64,000 nt of DNA from a bacterium. GTDB taxonomy: Bacteria; Patescibacteriota; Minisyncoccia; JAHIHE01; JAGLIN01. This document shows, piece by piece, positions 29,708 through 40,720 of the stretch (positions are counted from its first letter, which is position 1; the number at the start of each line of letters is the position of its first letter). Below the pieces are notes generated by a model. That model searched no databases. It was not told where the DNA came from and saw nothing but the letters and a program-made list of their open reading frames with translations. The stretch lies in contig DAOWDU010000031.1 of the NCBI GenBank assembly GCA_030638825.1, positions 4,206 to 68,205 of the forward strand, written 5' to 3'. A program made the position numbers and the translations under genes.

Positions 29708-30068
29708 AAATTTCTACCCAGTTTTAGCTGAGGGTCAGTGAAGTTTTAACCTCACGAGAAAAAGTTTGTTCTTTAAAATTGGAAATTAAGTTCTGGAAAA
29801 AGCCAGAAGGAGGTGATATAAATGGGAGAAAACCCCGAAAATAAATCCAATTTTCTGTGCCAACCGATTAGAAGAGAAGTTTAATTTTTAACTTCCTTTC
29901 CAAAACTTAGTTTCTAAATTTCTACCCGGCTTTAGCCGAGGGTTCAGGTGGCTTTAGCCACGCGAAACTTAGCTCACTAAAATTAATTTCTAAATTGAAG
30001 CATATCAACCTCCACTTTTCTCGCGAGGTTAAAACCTCTACGACCCTCAGCTAAAGCTGGGTAGAAAT
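29708..30068. mobile_element. Family-D MITE-like element, about 360 bp with roughly 50-bp TIRs
   Basis: The left terminus atttctacccagttttagctgagggtcagtgaagttttaacctcacgag is the inverse of the right terminus ctcgcgaggttaaaacctctacgaccctcagctaaagctgggtagaaat. Confidence 0.7.
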
Positions 30069-30103
30069 ATTCAAAAAACTTTATAACTTTTAACTCCACC
30101 TCT

Positions 30104-30598
30104 ATGCCAGAAATATTTTCAAAATTAGGATTAGATTATAAACTAATCATCGCGCAAATAGTAAATTTTGTTTTGCTTTTAATAATTTTACAGCGACTTG
30201 CCTATAAGCCAGTTTTAAAAATGCTTAAAAACAGAACTGACAAAATTGACAAAAGCTTAAAGCAAGCAAAAAAAATTGAAGAAGAACTGAAAAATACAGA
30301 AGAAACAAAACTCGCAGAAATTAAAAAAGCGAAATTAGAAGCGCAGGAGATAATCAAAGAAGCTTATGATACTTCAGAGAAAAAGTCACAGGAGTCTTTA
30401 GAAAAAACTAGATCCAAAACGCAGGAAATTGTAGAAAAAGCGAAGCAAGAAATCAAAGCAGAAAAAGAAAATTCCGTTCAGGAAGCCAAAAAAGAAATAG
30501 CCGATATTTCAATTTTAATCGCCAAAAAGATTATCGGAAAAAATATTGACGAGAATAAAGAGAAGGATTTGGTGGATGATGTTTTGAGGAAAGTTTAA
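30104..30598 (+). CDS. atpF: F0F1 ATP synthase subunit b
   Basis: An N-terminal TM is followed by a long charged helix. Confidence 0.85.
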   Translation: MPEIFSKLGLDYKLIIAQIVNFVLLLIILQRLAYKPVLKMLKNRTDKIDKSLKQAKKIEEELKNTEETKLAEIKKAKLEAQEIIKEAYDTSEKKSQESLEKTRSKTQEIVEKAKQEIKAEKENSVQEAKKEIADISILIAKKIIGKNIDENKEKDLVDDVLRKV

Positions 30599-30607
30599 TT
30601 TAACAAT

Positions 30608-30994
30608 ATGAAAATAACCCCTAAACAATACGCAATCAGCCTTTATGAAACAACAAAAAATGTTGACGAATTTAAAATGGAAAAAAGAATAAAAAACTTT
30701 GTGAGTATTTTAAAAAAGAATAATGATTTGTCGCTGGCGGACAAAATAAAGGATGAATATAATAAACATCACAGAAATCAAAAGAATATTTCCAAGATTG
30801 AAATTATTAGCAGTAATAAATTAGACTCTGAAATATTAAATAGAATTATCCAAAAATTTGAAAATCAAATTGAAGTTGAAGAAAAAATTGATGAATCTTT
30901 GATTAACGGAATAGTGATTAAGATTAATGATGATGTTTTGATTGATGGGAGTGTGAAAAGGAAGTTGGAGGATTTGAGAAAAGAGTTGGTGTAG
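30608..30994 (+). CDS. atpH: F0F1 ATP synthase subunit delta (short, 128 aa)
   Basis: It lies between atpF and atpA. The OSCP-like N-terminus is weakly recognisable. Confidence 0.6.
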   Translation: MKITPKQYAISLYETTKNVDEFKMEKRIKNFVSILKKNNDLSLADKIKDEYNKHHRNQKNISKIEIISSNKLDSEILNRIIQKFENQIEVEEKIDESLINGIVIKINDDVLIDGSVKRKLEDLRKELV

Positions 30995-31000
30995 AATTTA

Positions 31001-31140
31001 CTGTCATTTTTCACTGTCATTGCGAGGAAGCCTGAGCGAGCGTAGCGAGCGAGATGGCGACGAAGCAATCCCAGTATTAAATTCCTCGTGCATAGTTACG
31101 GGATTGCTTCGTCGCTCTGCGGAGCTCCTCGCAATGACAT
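31001..31140. mobile_element. Family-A TIR element copy, between atpH and atpA
   Basis: It runs from ctgtcatttttcactgtcattgcgaggaagcc to gagctcctcgcaatgacat. Confidence 0.75.
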
Positions 31141-31162
31141 TTAACAATATAACAATATATTT

Positions 31163-32656
31163 ATGAACAGCCATATAATCGAAACACTAAAACAACAAAT
31201 CACCCAAGCTAAAATTGAGACGGAAGTTGAGAAAGTGGGACAGGTCGTCAAAATCGCCGATGGAGTCGCGACTCTGAGCGGGCTGACGAATGTCATGAGC
31301 GGAGAATTGATAGAATTTCCAAACCAAATTTTTGGCGTCGCGCTTAATCTTGAAGAAGACAGCATTGGCGCGATGATTTTGGGAGATTATCTGCAAATCA
31401 AAGAAGGCGATACCGTAAAAAGTTCTGGGAAAATTTTAGAAGTTCCCGTCGGCGAAGAGATGGTTGGACGAGTTGTCAATACTTTAGGACATCCAATAGA
31501 CGGCAAGGGCGAAATTAAAACCGACAAGTTTTATCCTGTGGAAAAAATCGCGCCAGGCGTGATTACCAGAAAATCAGTAAACAGTCCCCTTCAAACAGGA
31601 ATTAAAGCGATTGATTCAATGATTCCAATCGGACGCGGACAAAGAGAATTAATTATTGGAGACAGACAGACAGGAAAAACCGCCATTGCTATTGATACAA
31701 TTATTAACCAAAAAGACAAAGATGTTATTTGCATTTATGTCGCAATCGGACAGAAAGAATCCAAAGTCGCCAGAATTGTCGCCAAGCTGGAAGAAAGCGG
31801 CGCGATGGAACACACAATTGTCGTCCTTGCTGGCGCTTCTGATCCGGCTTCTATGTCCTACATTGCTCCCTACGCTGGTTGCGCAATGGGAGAATATTTT
31901 ATGGATCAAGGCAAAGACGCTTTAATTATTTACGATGACTTAAGCAAACACGCCTGGGCGTATCGGCAAGTTTCTTTGATTTTAAGACGACCACCAGGAA
32001 GAGAAGCTTATCCGGGAGATATTTTTTATTTACATTCTAGATTATTAGAAAGAGCGGCAAAGCTGAGTAAAAAATACGGTAGCGGATCTTTGACCGCCTT
32101 GCCAATTATTGAAACGCAAGCAGGCGATGTCTCGGCTTACATTCCGACTAATGTTATTTCTATTACAGACGGACAGATATTTTTGGAAACTGATTTATTT
32201 TATCAAGGAATTAGACCAGCGGTAAATCCGGGTATTTCCGTTTCCCGTGTCGGCTCTTCCGCTCAAACAAAAGCAATGAAAAAAGTCGCTGGAAAGTTAA
32301 GATTAGAACTGGCCCAATTCAGAGAACTCGCCGCTTTCGCGCAATTCAGTTCTGATTTGGATAAAGAAACAAAGCAACGAATTGAACGAGGAAAAAGATT
32401 AACAGAAGTTTTAAAGCAAGATCAATATGTCCCAATGTCAACCGAATCGCAAGTAACAATAATCTTCGCCACAGTTAATGGATTTTTGGATGATATTGAA
32501 ATTGAAAAAGTAAAGGATTTTGAAAAAGGGTTATTAGAATATATGGAAGAAAAACATAAGGATGTTTTAGATGGGATTAGGGAAGATGGGGATATTTCGG
32601 ACGAGGGGAAATTGAAAGAGATTGTTGAGAAGTTTAAGAAGAGGTTTGTGAACTAA
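31163..32656 (+). CDS. atpA: F0F1 ATP synthase subunit alpha
   Basis: [10 protein letters not shown]-loop is present and the length is 497 aa. Confidence 0.95.
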   Translation: MNSHIIETLKQQITQAKIETEVEKVGQVVKIADGVATLSGLTNVMSGELIEFPNQIFGVALNLEEDSIGAMILGDYLQIKEGDTVKSSGKILEVPVGEEMVGRVVNTLGHPIDGKGEIKTDKFYPVEKIAPGVITRKSVNSPLQTGIKAIDSMIPIGRGQRELIIGDRQTGKTAIAIDTIINQKDKDVICIYVAIGQKESKVARIVAKLEESGAMEHTIVVLAGASDPASMSYIAPYAGCAMGEYFMDQGKDALIIYDDLSKHAWAYRQVSLILRRPPGREAYPGDIFYLHSRLLERAAKLSKKYGSGSLTALPIIETQAGDVSAYIPTNVISITDGQIFLETDLFYQGIRPAVNPGISVSRVGSSAQTKAMKKVAGKLRLELAQFRELAAFAQFSSDLDKETKQRIERGKRLTEVLKQDQYVPMSTESQVTIIFATVNGFLDDIEIEKVKDFEKGLLEYMEEKHKDVLDGIREDGDISDEGKLKEIVEKFKKRFVN

Positions 32657-32875
32657 TCAAAAAACCCTGCTTTACACAGAGTTTCTTGATGTAATTCTGA
32701 TTGCTATCCAAAGTTGACTATTACCAGTATAGCAGATTTAAAGATCCTATCAATAGCACTAATATTTTTCTGCTCGTTGAAATTTAATTTCCCTTTTTTC
32801 ATTTCACAATATTGTTGTGAAGTGAAAAAAAAGAAAAAAGAGAGAAAAAATTGTGCGGTCTGTGGTCTTTGTTTT

Positions 32876-33397
32876 CTACTCCAACTTAAACATGGCAGTA
32901 GAATTAACAAACTTCACGAAAGTTAAAGTTTGTCCAGACGAAAGCGTGATACTCTCATTCTTTTGAAGATCAGCAGTCCATCTAATAAAGATGGAATTCC
33001 TTTTCAAATCTTTATAAGAAACATAAAAATCTGTTCCTGGAATCTCGACTGCCGGTTCTCTCAGCACCACAAACTCCTCATGATGGCAAGCCCTGTCAAT
33101 AGACAGATTAATCTCTCCTGAATCGGAGAAATTAAGGAACTTTATTACAGTTCCCTTGTCTGTTATATAAGACTCGCCCAGTCTTATAAGATGAGGACCA
33201 TGGCTGATCCTCACTGAGTCCACTTTACCAAAATTTTCAAAGTAATCTTCAGTTCTTATCTGAAGAATATATCCTTCGGGCAACTCATCCTCTGTGATGA
33301 ATTCGGTCTCAGTGGCCTTCTCGTAATATGTCGTGGCAAGCACGAACGCTATTATGAAAAACATAGCGGTAAAAAATATTGCATTGTACTTGTTCAT
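32876..33397 (-). CDS. Hypothetical membrane-anchored protein (N-terminal TM), antisense-oriented inside the atp operon
   Basis: It is 173 aa. An AGGTGA RBS sits 7 nt upstream. Its flanks are duplicated around 36733-36909. Confidence 0.5.
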   Translation of the reverse strand: MNKYNAIFFTAMFFIIAFVLATTYYEKATETEFITEDELPEGYILQIRTEDYFENFGKVDSVRISHGPHLIRLGESYITDKGTVIKFLNFSDSGEINLSIDRACHHEEFVVLREPAVEIPGTDFYVSYKDLKRNSIFIRWTADLQKNESITLSSGQTLTFVKFVNSTAMFKLE

Positions 33398-33651
33398 AAA
33401 TAATCACCTATCTATATTCCTAATCAGAAGTTCGGCTAAGCCATTGAATCTTCTTCATTTTTAGGACAGTAAGCTAATCGTAATTTTATTATAATCAACT
33501 TACTGCCCTGAAGAATAATTTTTCTCTCTTTTTTCAAAGAACTCGGCGTTAATTCTATCCCTTATAATAAACAACAGAATTAAACGCACTGATTACGCTA
33601 TGTTTAGCATAACGGGAAATTGTATCATAAATTCATAAACCTGTCAAGACT

Positions 33652-34569
33652 ATGCAATCCACCCAGCAAATTAGAAGACAAATCCAGTCAACAAAAAATA
33701 CCTCCCAAATTACAAAGGCAATGGAGATGGTTTCGGCTGCGAAGATGAGAAAAAGTCAGGAGGCCGCTTTGATGGCGAGACCTTACGCCGAAGGAGCGTT
33801 GCATATTTTGGAAAATGTGAGTGAGTCAATTGAACCGAGGAAGCATATTTTGTTGGAAAGAAGAGAAACGAAAAATGTCTGCCTTTTTGTTGTTACTTCT
33901 GACAAAGGATTGTGTGGCGGACTAAACAGCGGCGTTATTAAAGAAGCATCAAAGATAATCAAAGAAAATGAAGCGAGAAATATAAAAGTAAGCATCGTCG
34001 CCATCGGCAAAAAAGCGGAAAGTTATTTTAAGAAAACAAAAAATGATGTCATCGCAATTTTCAACGGCATTGGCGATTCAGTGGAACTGAAAGAAACTTT
34101 GCCCATTTCAAAATTACTGATAACCGATTTTAGAGATAAAAAATTTGACAAAGTGATGGCGATTTACACTAATTTCGTTTCCACTTTAAAGCAGGACACA
34201 AGAGTCAAAACTATTCTGCCAATTACAAGAAGAAGCTTGGAAGAAACGATAGAAGAAATAGAAGATATTATTCCGAAAGACAGTAAAGACGGAAATGGCA
34301 ATAATAATTTAGAATACAAATTTGAACCATCTTCCAGCGAGGTTTTATGCAAACTGCTCCCAAACCTAATTGAAATCCAGTCTTATCACATTATCTTAGA
34401 ATCCAACGCCTCCGAACATAGCGCCAGAATGGTCGCAATGAAAACTGCCACAGACAGCGCGCGGGATATGCTGGAAGATTTGAATTTGTCGTATAATTAT
34501 ATTAGACAACAGAAGATCACACAGGAGATTAGCGAGATTTCAGCGGGGGTAGCGGCGCAGGAGGGATAG
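33652..34569 (+). CDS. atpG: F0F1 ATP synthase subunit gamma
   Basis: The conserved gamma C-terminus ITQEISEI..GA.A is present. Confidence 0.9.
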   Translation: MQSTQQIRRQIQSTKNTSQITKAMEMVSAAKMRKSQEAALMARPYAEGALHILENVSESIEPRKHILLERRETKNVCLFVVTSDKGLCGGLNSGVIKEASKIIKENEARNIKVSIVAIGKKAESYFKKTKNDVIAIFNGIGDSVELKETLPISKLLITDFRDKKFDKVMAIYTNFVSTLKQDTRVKTILPITRRSLEETIEEIEDIIPKDSKDGNGNNNLEYKFEPSSSEVLCKLLPNLIEIQSYHIILESNASEHSARMVAMKTATDSARDMLEDLNLSYNYIRQQKITQEISEISAGVAAQEG

Positions 34570-34731
34570 TTAAAAGTTCATAAAGTTATAAAGTTCATAA
34601 AGTTGACGAATTAATTACTTTTTACTTTATAAACTTTATAACTTTCTACTAATCCTGTACTTTGAAAATCTAAAAATTGAGTTTTGGAAAAGCATTTGAA
34701 ATGCTTTAAAAAAACATAAGGAGGGTATTAA

Positions 34732-34977
34732 TTGAGAATAAAAAATAATGCAGAAAGAATAATAGAAAGAATGGGACTAACACTAATAGGCAATATTAGT
34801 ATTAAAGGAATAGAAATAACAGAAAAAGAAATAGGGTCTTTAATATTCAAATATGGTAACTATTCTTTTTTTATGGATTCAAGCACATATATGGTTTATG
34901 GAATTAGACCAGGAAAAATGAAAAGAATAGGAAAGCTTGTTGTTTCGGAAAGCAATCATCTAGGAATAGAAAGATAA
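34732..34977 (+). CDS. Hypothetical 81-aa protein (TTG start) inserted between atpG and atpD
   Basis: GGAGGG lies 7 nt upstream of TTG. There is no recognised domain. Confidence 0.35.
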   Translation: MRIKNNAERIIERMGLTLIGNISIKGIEITEKEIGSLIFKYGNYSFFMDSSTYMVYGIRPGKMKRIGKLVVSESNHLGIER

Positions 34978-35042
34978 AAATTTCTATTTCTTATTTTTCC
35001 AAACCCCAATTTTAAAAACTTGTTAAAATGTTTAAATGTTAA

Positions 35043-36434
<1,392 letters not shown>

Positions 36435-36732
36435 AAACAACGAGGGTTCCATAGTCTCCGCAGAGCTGTGGAACCCAGAATGCAAGGATTGCAAATGCGG
36501 TGCCACAGCCTAACTCCGCTACGGCTCCGTTTCGGACTACGGCACCGTCATTCCGTCACCTCACCTCAAACCAACAAAAAACAGCTCTTTTAAAAAAACT
36601 GTTCTTCTGAACTTTGAAATTTAATTTCCCTTTTTTCATTTCACAATTCTGTCATCTTGAGCAATGTCGTCCTAAACCTGTCGAAGAATTGTCAAAGGAT
36701 TGTGGAGTGAAAAAAAGAAAAAAGAAAAAAAT

Positions 36733-36909
36733 TTACTTAAGATCTGGCATGCTCATAATGCAATAAGCACATCCGCATTTAGAGCAATTGCCACCCCATG
36801 TTTGTTCTCCATTTAGGATGGATTCGTATATTCTCACTTCAAACATCTCGCTTGCCTCGCAATAAGGACAAGTAGTCTTTGCATCAATAATAACTGGCAT
36901 AAAATCCAT
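36733..36909 (-). CDS. Small zinc-ribbon protein (58 aa; CPYC ... CSKCGCAYC), antisense-oriented inside the atp operon
   Basis: A GGAGGTGA RBS lies 5 nt upstream of the ATG. The track ORF was trimmed because its alternative start falls inside the SD. Flanks are shared with 32876-33397. Confidence 0.5.
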   Translation of the reverse strand: MDFMPVIIDAKTTCPYCEASEMFEVRIYESILNGEQTWGGNCSKCGCAYCIMSMPDLK

Positions 36910-37077
36910 TTTATTCACCTCCTACTAATATAAATTATTACGATTAACATAAAAAGTAATTCTTTTCCTTTTTTCAAAGAACCCCGCAATCAATCTTATT
37001 TCTTTTTTAAATAAAACCAATCACATCGTTTACGCTATTTTTAGCATAACACCGCATTCTATCATAACTTTAAACTT

Positions 37078-37500
37078 ATGTCAACCCCAAAAATAAACCT
37101 CCAAATAATCACCCCTGAAAAAATCGCTTATAAAGATAAAGCGGATCAGATTACTTTGCCGACGGGAGATGGGGAGATAACCATTATGGCAAATCATATC
37201 CCGCTGATTAGCACGATGAAGCACGGGGAATTAGTTATTAAAAACGACGGGAAAGAAATTCCAATGGCAGTTTGCAATGGGTTTATTGAAGTGAAAAGAA
37301 ACTGCATAATTATTATGACCGATATCGCCGAACGAGTGGAAGAAATTGATGAGCAAAAAGCGGAAGAAGCAAAGAAAAAAGCGAAAGATTTATTAAAAGA
37401 AAAAGACAGAATATCTGATGTTGCGTTTGCGGATGCGACAGCGTTGTTGGAAAAATCGCTGGCGAGGATTAGAGTGGCGAGGAGAAGGAAACGAAGGTAA
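37078..37500 (+). CDS. atpC: F0F1 ATP synthase subunit epsilon
   Basis: An N-terminal beta-sandwich is followed by C-terminal helices, in the atpC position. Confidence 0.85.
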   Translation: MSTPKINLQIITPEKIAYKDKADQITLPTGDGEITIMANHIPLISTMKHGELVIKNDGKEIPMAVCNGFIEVKRNCIIIMTDIAERVEEIDEQKAEEAKKKAKDLLKEKDRISDVAFADATALLEKSLARIRVARRRKRR

Positions 37501-37655
37501 ACAAATTTCTAATTTTCAATTTCTAATTTCTATTGAATTTCTAATTCTTTAATTTCTAAATTTTTTATTATTTAAAATGTTGTTTGAAAATTTAGTTATT
37601 GAAAATTTAGTTATTGAAAATTTAATAGAAATTGAAAATTAGAAATTAGAAATTA
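37501..37655. repeat. AT-rich palindromic array (aatttctaat / attagaaatt) after atpC
   Basis: It mirrors the block at 13505-13670. Confidence 0.6.
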
Positions 37656-37658
37656 ATT

Positions 37659-38672
37659 ATGAATGTTCAACAAGCTCTCAAAGCTTCCGCTAATAAATTG
37701 AAATTACAAAACATCTCCTCTTTCGTTCTTGATGTAGAAGTTTTATTGTTGGAAGCGTTGAATAGAAATAACAACGCCCCTCACCCCAGCCCTCTCCCGC
37801 GGGGAGAGGGAGCTAAAAATAAAAGTTGGTTGTATTTGAATAATGAATATATTTTAAATAAAAAAGAAGAAGAATTATTTAATGATTTTATAAAGCAGAG
37901 GTTAGAAAATAAACCAGTTGCTTATATCATCAATAAAAAAGAATTTTACGGGTATGACTTTTATGTTGATAAAAATGTTTTAATCCCCCGCCCCGAAACG
38001 GAATTAATGATTGAAGAAGTTTTGAAAATTTTATCTGGAGTTCACACTTTAGTGTGTAAAAATTCAGACACAAATAAAATAAATTCCTACAGGTTAAAAC
38101 CTGAACTCCAGAATTTTAATTTAATAGACATCGGCACAGGATCAGGATGTATCATTATAAGTATTTTAAATGAATTAACAAAAAATAAAATTAATAAAAT
38201 TATTTACAACGCTTACGCAAACGATATTTCTTTAGAAGCGATTAATGTAGCAAAAATAAATGCGAAAAAATATAATCTAAATAAAAAAATAAGATTTATT
38301 AAAGATGATTTTGAAAAGTTTTTAGATAAAGAAGATATTTATACTTCTGATAAAATTATTATCACCGCCAATTTGCCCTACATAAAAAATGGCGACTATA
38401 AAAATCTTTCTGAAAATGTAAGAAAATACGAACCTAAAATCGCGCTCACAGCGGGAAAAAACGGCTTAGATTATATAGGAAAATTAATTAATTTAATATC
38501 TAAAAAACAACTAAAATCAAATCAGAAAATATACTTATTTCTTGAAGCCGATCCAGATCAGATGAGTGAAATAACGGCTATTTTAAGGGAAAGGTTAGCT
38601 AATGTAGATGTTGAAATTATTAGAGATTTGAGTGGTAAAGAAAGGATTGTTAAATTATTATTTGGAAATTAA
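37659..38672 (+). CDS. prmC: HemK/PrmC-family protein-(glutamine-N5) methyltransferase, carrying two in-frame palindromic-repeat insertions
   Basis: The motifs IDIGTGSG (motif I) and NLPY (an NPPY variant) are present. Inserts lie at 37779-37812 and 38035-38115. Confidence 0.7.
   Translation: MNVQQALKASANKLKLQNISSFVLDVEVLLLEALNRNNNAPHPSPLPRGEGAKNKSWLYLNNEYILNKKEEELFNDFIKQRLENKPVAYIINKKEFYGYDFYVDKNVLIPRPETELMIEEVLKILSGVHTLVCKNSDTNKINSYRLKPELQNFNLIDIGTGSGCIIISILNELTKNKINKIIYNAYANDISLEAINVAKINAKKYNLNKKIRFIKDDFEKFLDKEDIYTSDKIIITANLPYIKNGDYKNLSENVRKYEPKIALTAGKNGLDYIGKLINLISKKQLKSNQKIYLFLEADPDQMSEITAILRERLANVDVEIIRDLSGKERIVKLLFGN
38035..38115. repeat. Family-E palindromic element inserted in-frame within prmC
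   Basis: It is near-identical to 6127-6206 and encodes SGVHTLVCKNSDTNKINSYRLKPELQNFN. Confidence 0.7.
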
Positions 38673-38829
38673 TTGAAACTCGTAGAAATTTGTTGAAATT
38701 AATTGTTGTTTAAAAAATACAATTGAATTTCTATAAATTTCTACGAGTTTCTACAAATTTCTATATGCGCAGCAATTTAGACAAATCTAAAACACGGCTA
38801 TCATAAACCGTGCTTAGATTTGCAAAAAA

Positions 38830-39069
38830 TTATTTTCTTTTTTTAACAGTTTTTCTTTTGGCTGGTTTTCTTTTAGCTGGTTTCTTCGCAACTTTTTTCT
38901 TCGCTGGTTTTCTTTTAGCAGTTTTTTTAACAACTCTTTTCTTCGCTGGTTTTTTCACAACTTTTCTTTTAGCTGGTTTCTTCGCAACTTTTTTCTTCGC
39001 TGGTTTTCTTTTTGTAACCACAGCGCTCACCTCCTTTCTTTTTAAATGTTTTTCGAAAATAAATCCCAA
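38830..39069 (-). CDS. Histone H1-like Lys/Ala/Pro-rich tandem-repeat DNA-binding protein
   Basis: There are 7 repeats of a KKPAKRKVV-type unit, encoded by a 27-nt tandem repeat. The antisense ORF 38810-39082 is a shadow. Confidence 0.55.
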   Translation of the reverse strand: MGFIFEKHLKRKEVSAVVTKRKPAKKKVAKKPAKRKVVKKPAKKRVVKKTAKRKPAKKKVAKKPAKRKPAKRKTVKKRK

Positions 39070-39208
39070 AAAATATTTTTAAAATTACTTTTTATTTTTT
39101 TCTAACTTAATTATAACAATAAAAAAATATTTAGCAATAGCAGTTTAAATAAAATGGAAAATTTTAATAACTTAATCTAAAATAAGAAAGGGGGTGGATA
39201 AAAAATAA

Positions 39209-39886
39209 ATGGAAAGTGAAATTGAAACAACAGACTTTAATAAAAAAGGATGGATTGGAAAAATAAAAGACTGGAGCTATGAAAATTGGCAAACAATATT
39301 AGTTGTCTTGATCGTCTTGATTGTTGGAATGAGCGCGTATAATTATAACCAGCAAAATAATCTTTCTGGCAAAAATTCTAGTTCTGTAGCTATAGTAGAT
39401 AATGATGAAACAGAAGTTGAAAATATTGACGAAGAAAAAACAAGTGAAGAAAATAATATAGATCAGGAAAAAATAGCAGAAGCTGATATTGAAAGTAAGG
39501 ATCAAGCAGAAGCCGCTAAAGAAGACAATGAAATGGAAACAAACGCAAATGAGGAAAAAAATACAGAAGAAGAAAATAACCCAGTGATTTCCACTTCAAA
39601 TGATTCTGGAAAAATCTACACGGTTTACGCAAATCGCGGAGAAGGAATAACTCACTTAGCAAGACGGGCTCTAAATGAATATTTGCAAGAAATTGGAGAA
39701 GAATCTGAATTAACCAAAGAACATAAAATTTATATAGAAGATTATCTTCAAAACAGAACAGGAACCGAAAGCATAGAAGTAAGCTATCAAGGAACTTTTT
39801 CAGAAAATTTGATAGAGGAAGCGGTTTCAAGCGCAAAACAATTGACACCGAATTCAATAAATAATCTTAGCAAATATATTAAATAA
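39209..39886 (+). CDS. Hypothetical membrane-anchored acidic protein
   Basis: An N-terminal TM (ILVVLIVLIVGMSAY) is followed by an Glu/Asn-rich region. Confidence 0.4.
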   Translation: MESEIETTDFNKKGWIGKIKDWSYENWQTILVVLIVLIVGMSAYNYNQQNNLSGKNSSSVAIVDNDETEVENIDEEKTSEENNIDQEKIAEADIESKDQAEAAKEDNEMETNANEEKNTEEENNPVISTSNDSGKIYTVYANRGEGITHLARRALNEYLQEIGEESELTKEHKIYIEDYLQNRTGTESIEVSYQGTFSENLIEEAVSSAKQLTPNSINNLSKYIK

Positions 39887-39991
39887 AATAAAAAATTTAT
39901 AACGCTCTAAATATATAAACGCTTTTAAATTCAAATAAAAAAACTTGGATGAATTATCCAAGTTTTTTTGATATTTATTTTTTCAAATTTT

Positions 39992-40405
39992 CTAATCCGC
40001 TTTCTTAAGTTTATTTTCAATAAATTCTGTTATTTTTTCAGCAATTTCTATACAACCTCTCGCCTCGTTTTTGGAAAAAACTTTTATGTGACTCTCGGCA
40101 GGATAACGAGCAGGAATATATGATTGAGTTAACATTCTCAATTCTTTTTCAAATTGTGATAGATCAAGAAAGGATTTAGCTTTGTTAGCTAAAATATTAA
40201 GATTATGGATTTTATCTTTTTTGCTAAGTTTTCCCTTACTCGCTAATATCGTCGCCTTTATATATTTTTCAACCGCCTGTTGACACAAACAACAAATTTG
40301 ACTATAAAATTCTGTTTCTTTAAAAGAGGCTTTTGCAAACAACAAATCGTCTTTTCCTTTATATATCCAAGCACCTACTAATTCTTCATTTATATTTCTT
40401 TTCAT
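39992..40405 (-). CDS. HEPN-domain protein (toxin-like component)
   Basis: It has an alpha-helical HEPN profile with ARYP. It overlaps the upstream nucleotidyltransferase gene by 20 nt. Confidence 0.6.
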   Translation of the reverse strand: MKRNINEELVGAWIYKGKDDLLFAKASFKETEFYSQICCLCQQAVEKYIKATILASKGKLSKKDKIHNLNILANKAKSFLDLSQFEKELRMLTQSYIPARYPAESHIKVFSKNEARGCIEIAEKITEFIENKLKKAD

Positions 40406-40715
40406 AAATTAATTTTCCTTTATTATTTATCTCCTTAAAAAAGTAATATTTTTTTTTCAGCCCGCTTTCCCATTCTTTTGGCGTGTAAACTAAAATATCT
40501 GTTCCCATTTCCGAACTAATAACTTTAGCAACATCGAAAAGGCGAGAGCCAAATCTTCTTCTAGTTTTTTTAATTACCAATAAATCTACATCACTAGATA
40601 AATTGGGTTTTCCATAAGCATAACTACCAAAAAGAATAATTCTTTCTGGTTCGTAATTTTCAACAATCTGTTTGGTGATTTTTTTTATCTCTTGATTGGC
40701 TCTTGTTTTAGTCAT
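40386..40715 (-). CDS. Minimal nucleotidyltransferase (MNT) domain protein
   Basis: The motif LFGSYAYGKPNLSSDVDLLV (GS...DxD) is present. Confidence 0.7.
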   Translation of the reverse strand: MTKTRANQEIKKITKQIVENYEPERIILFGSYAYGKPNLSSDVDLLVIKKTRRRFGSRLFDVAKVISSEMGTDILVYTPKEWESGLKKKYYFFKEINNKGKLIYEKKYK

Positions 40716-40720
40716 AAGAT

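Noticed and set aside
29815-29880. 20-aa ORF with a GGAGGTGA SD inside the atpE-atpF MITE
   Set aside because: It is very short and lies within a repeat element whose other copy lacks it. It is probably fortuitous.
38810-39082. Plus-strand hydrophobic ORF (FLLAGFFATFFFAGF repeats)
   Set aside because: It is the antisense shadow of the K/A/P-rich repeat gene. The minus-strand frame gives a coherent H1-like protein with repeat units matching codon boundaries.
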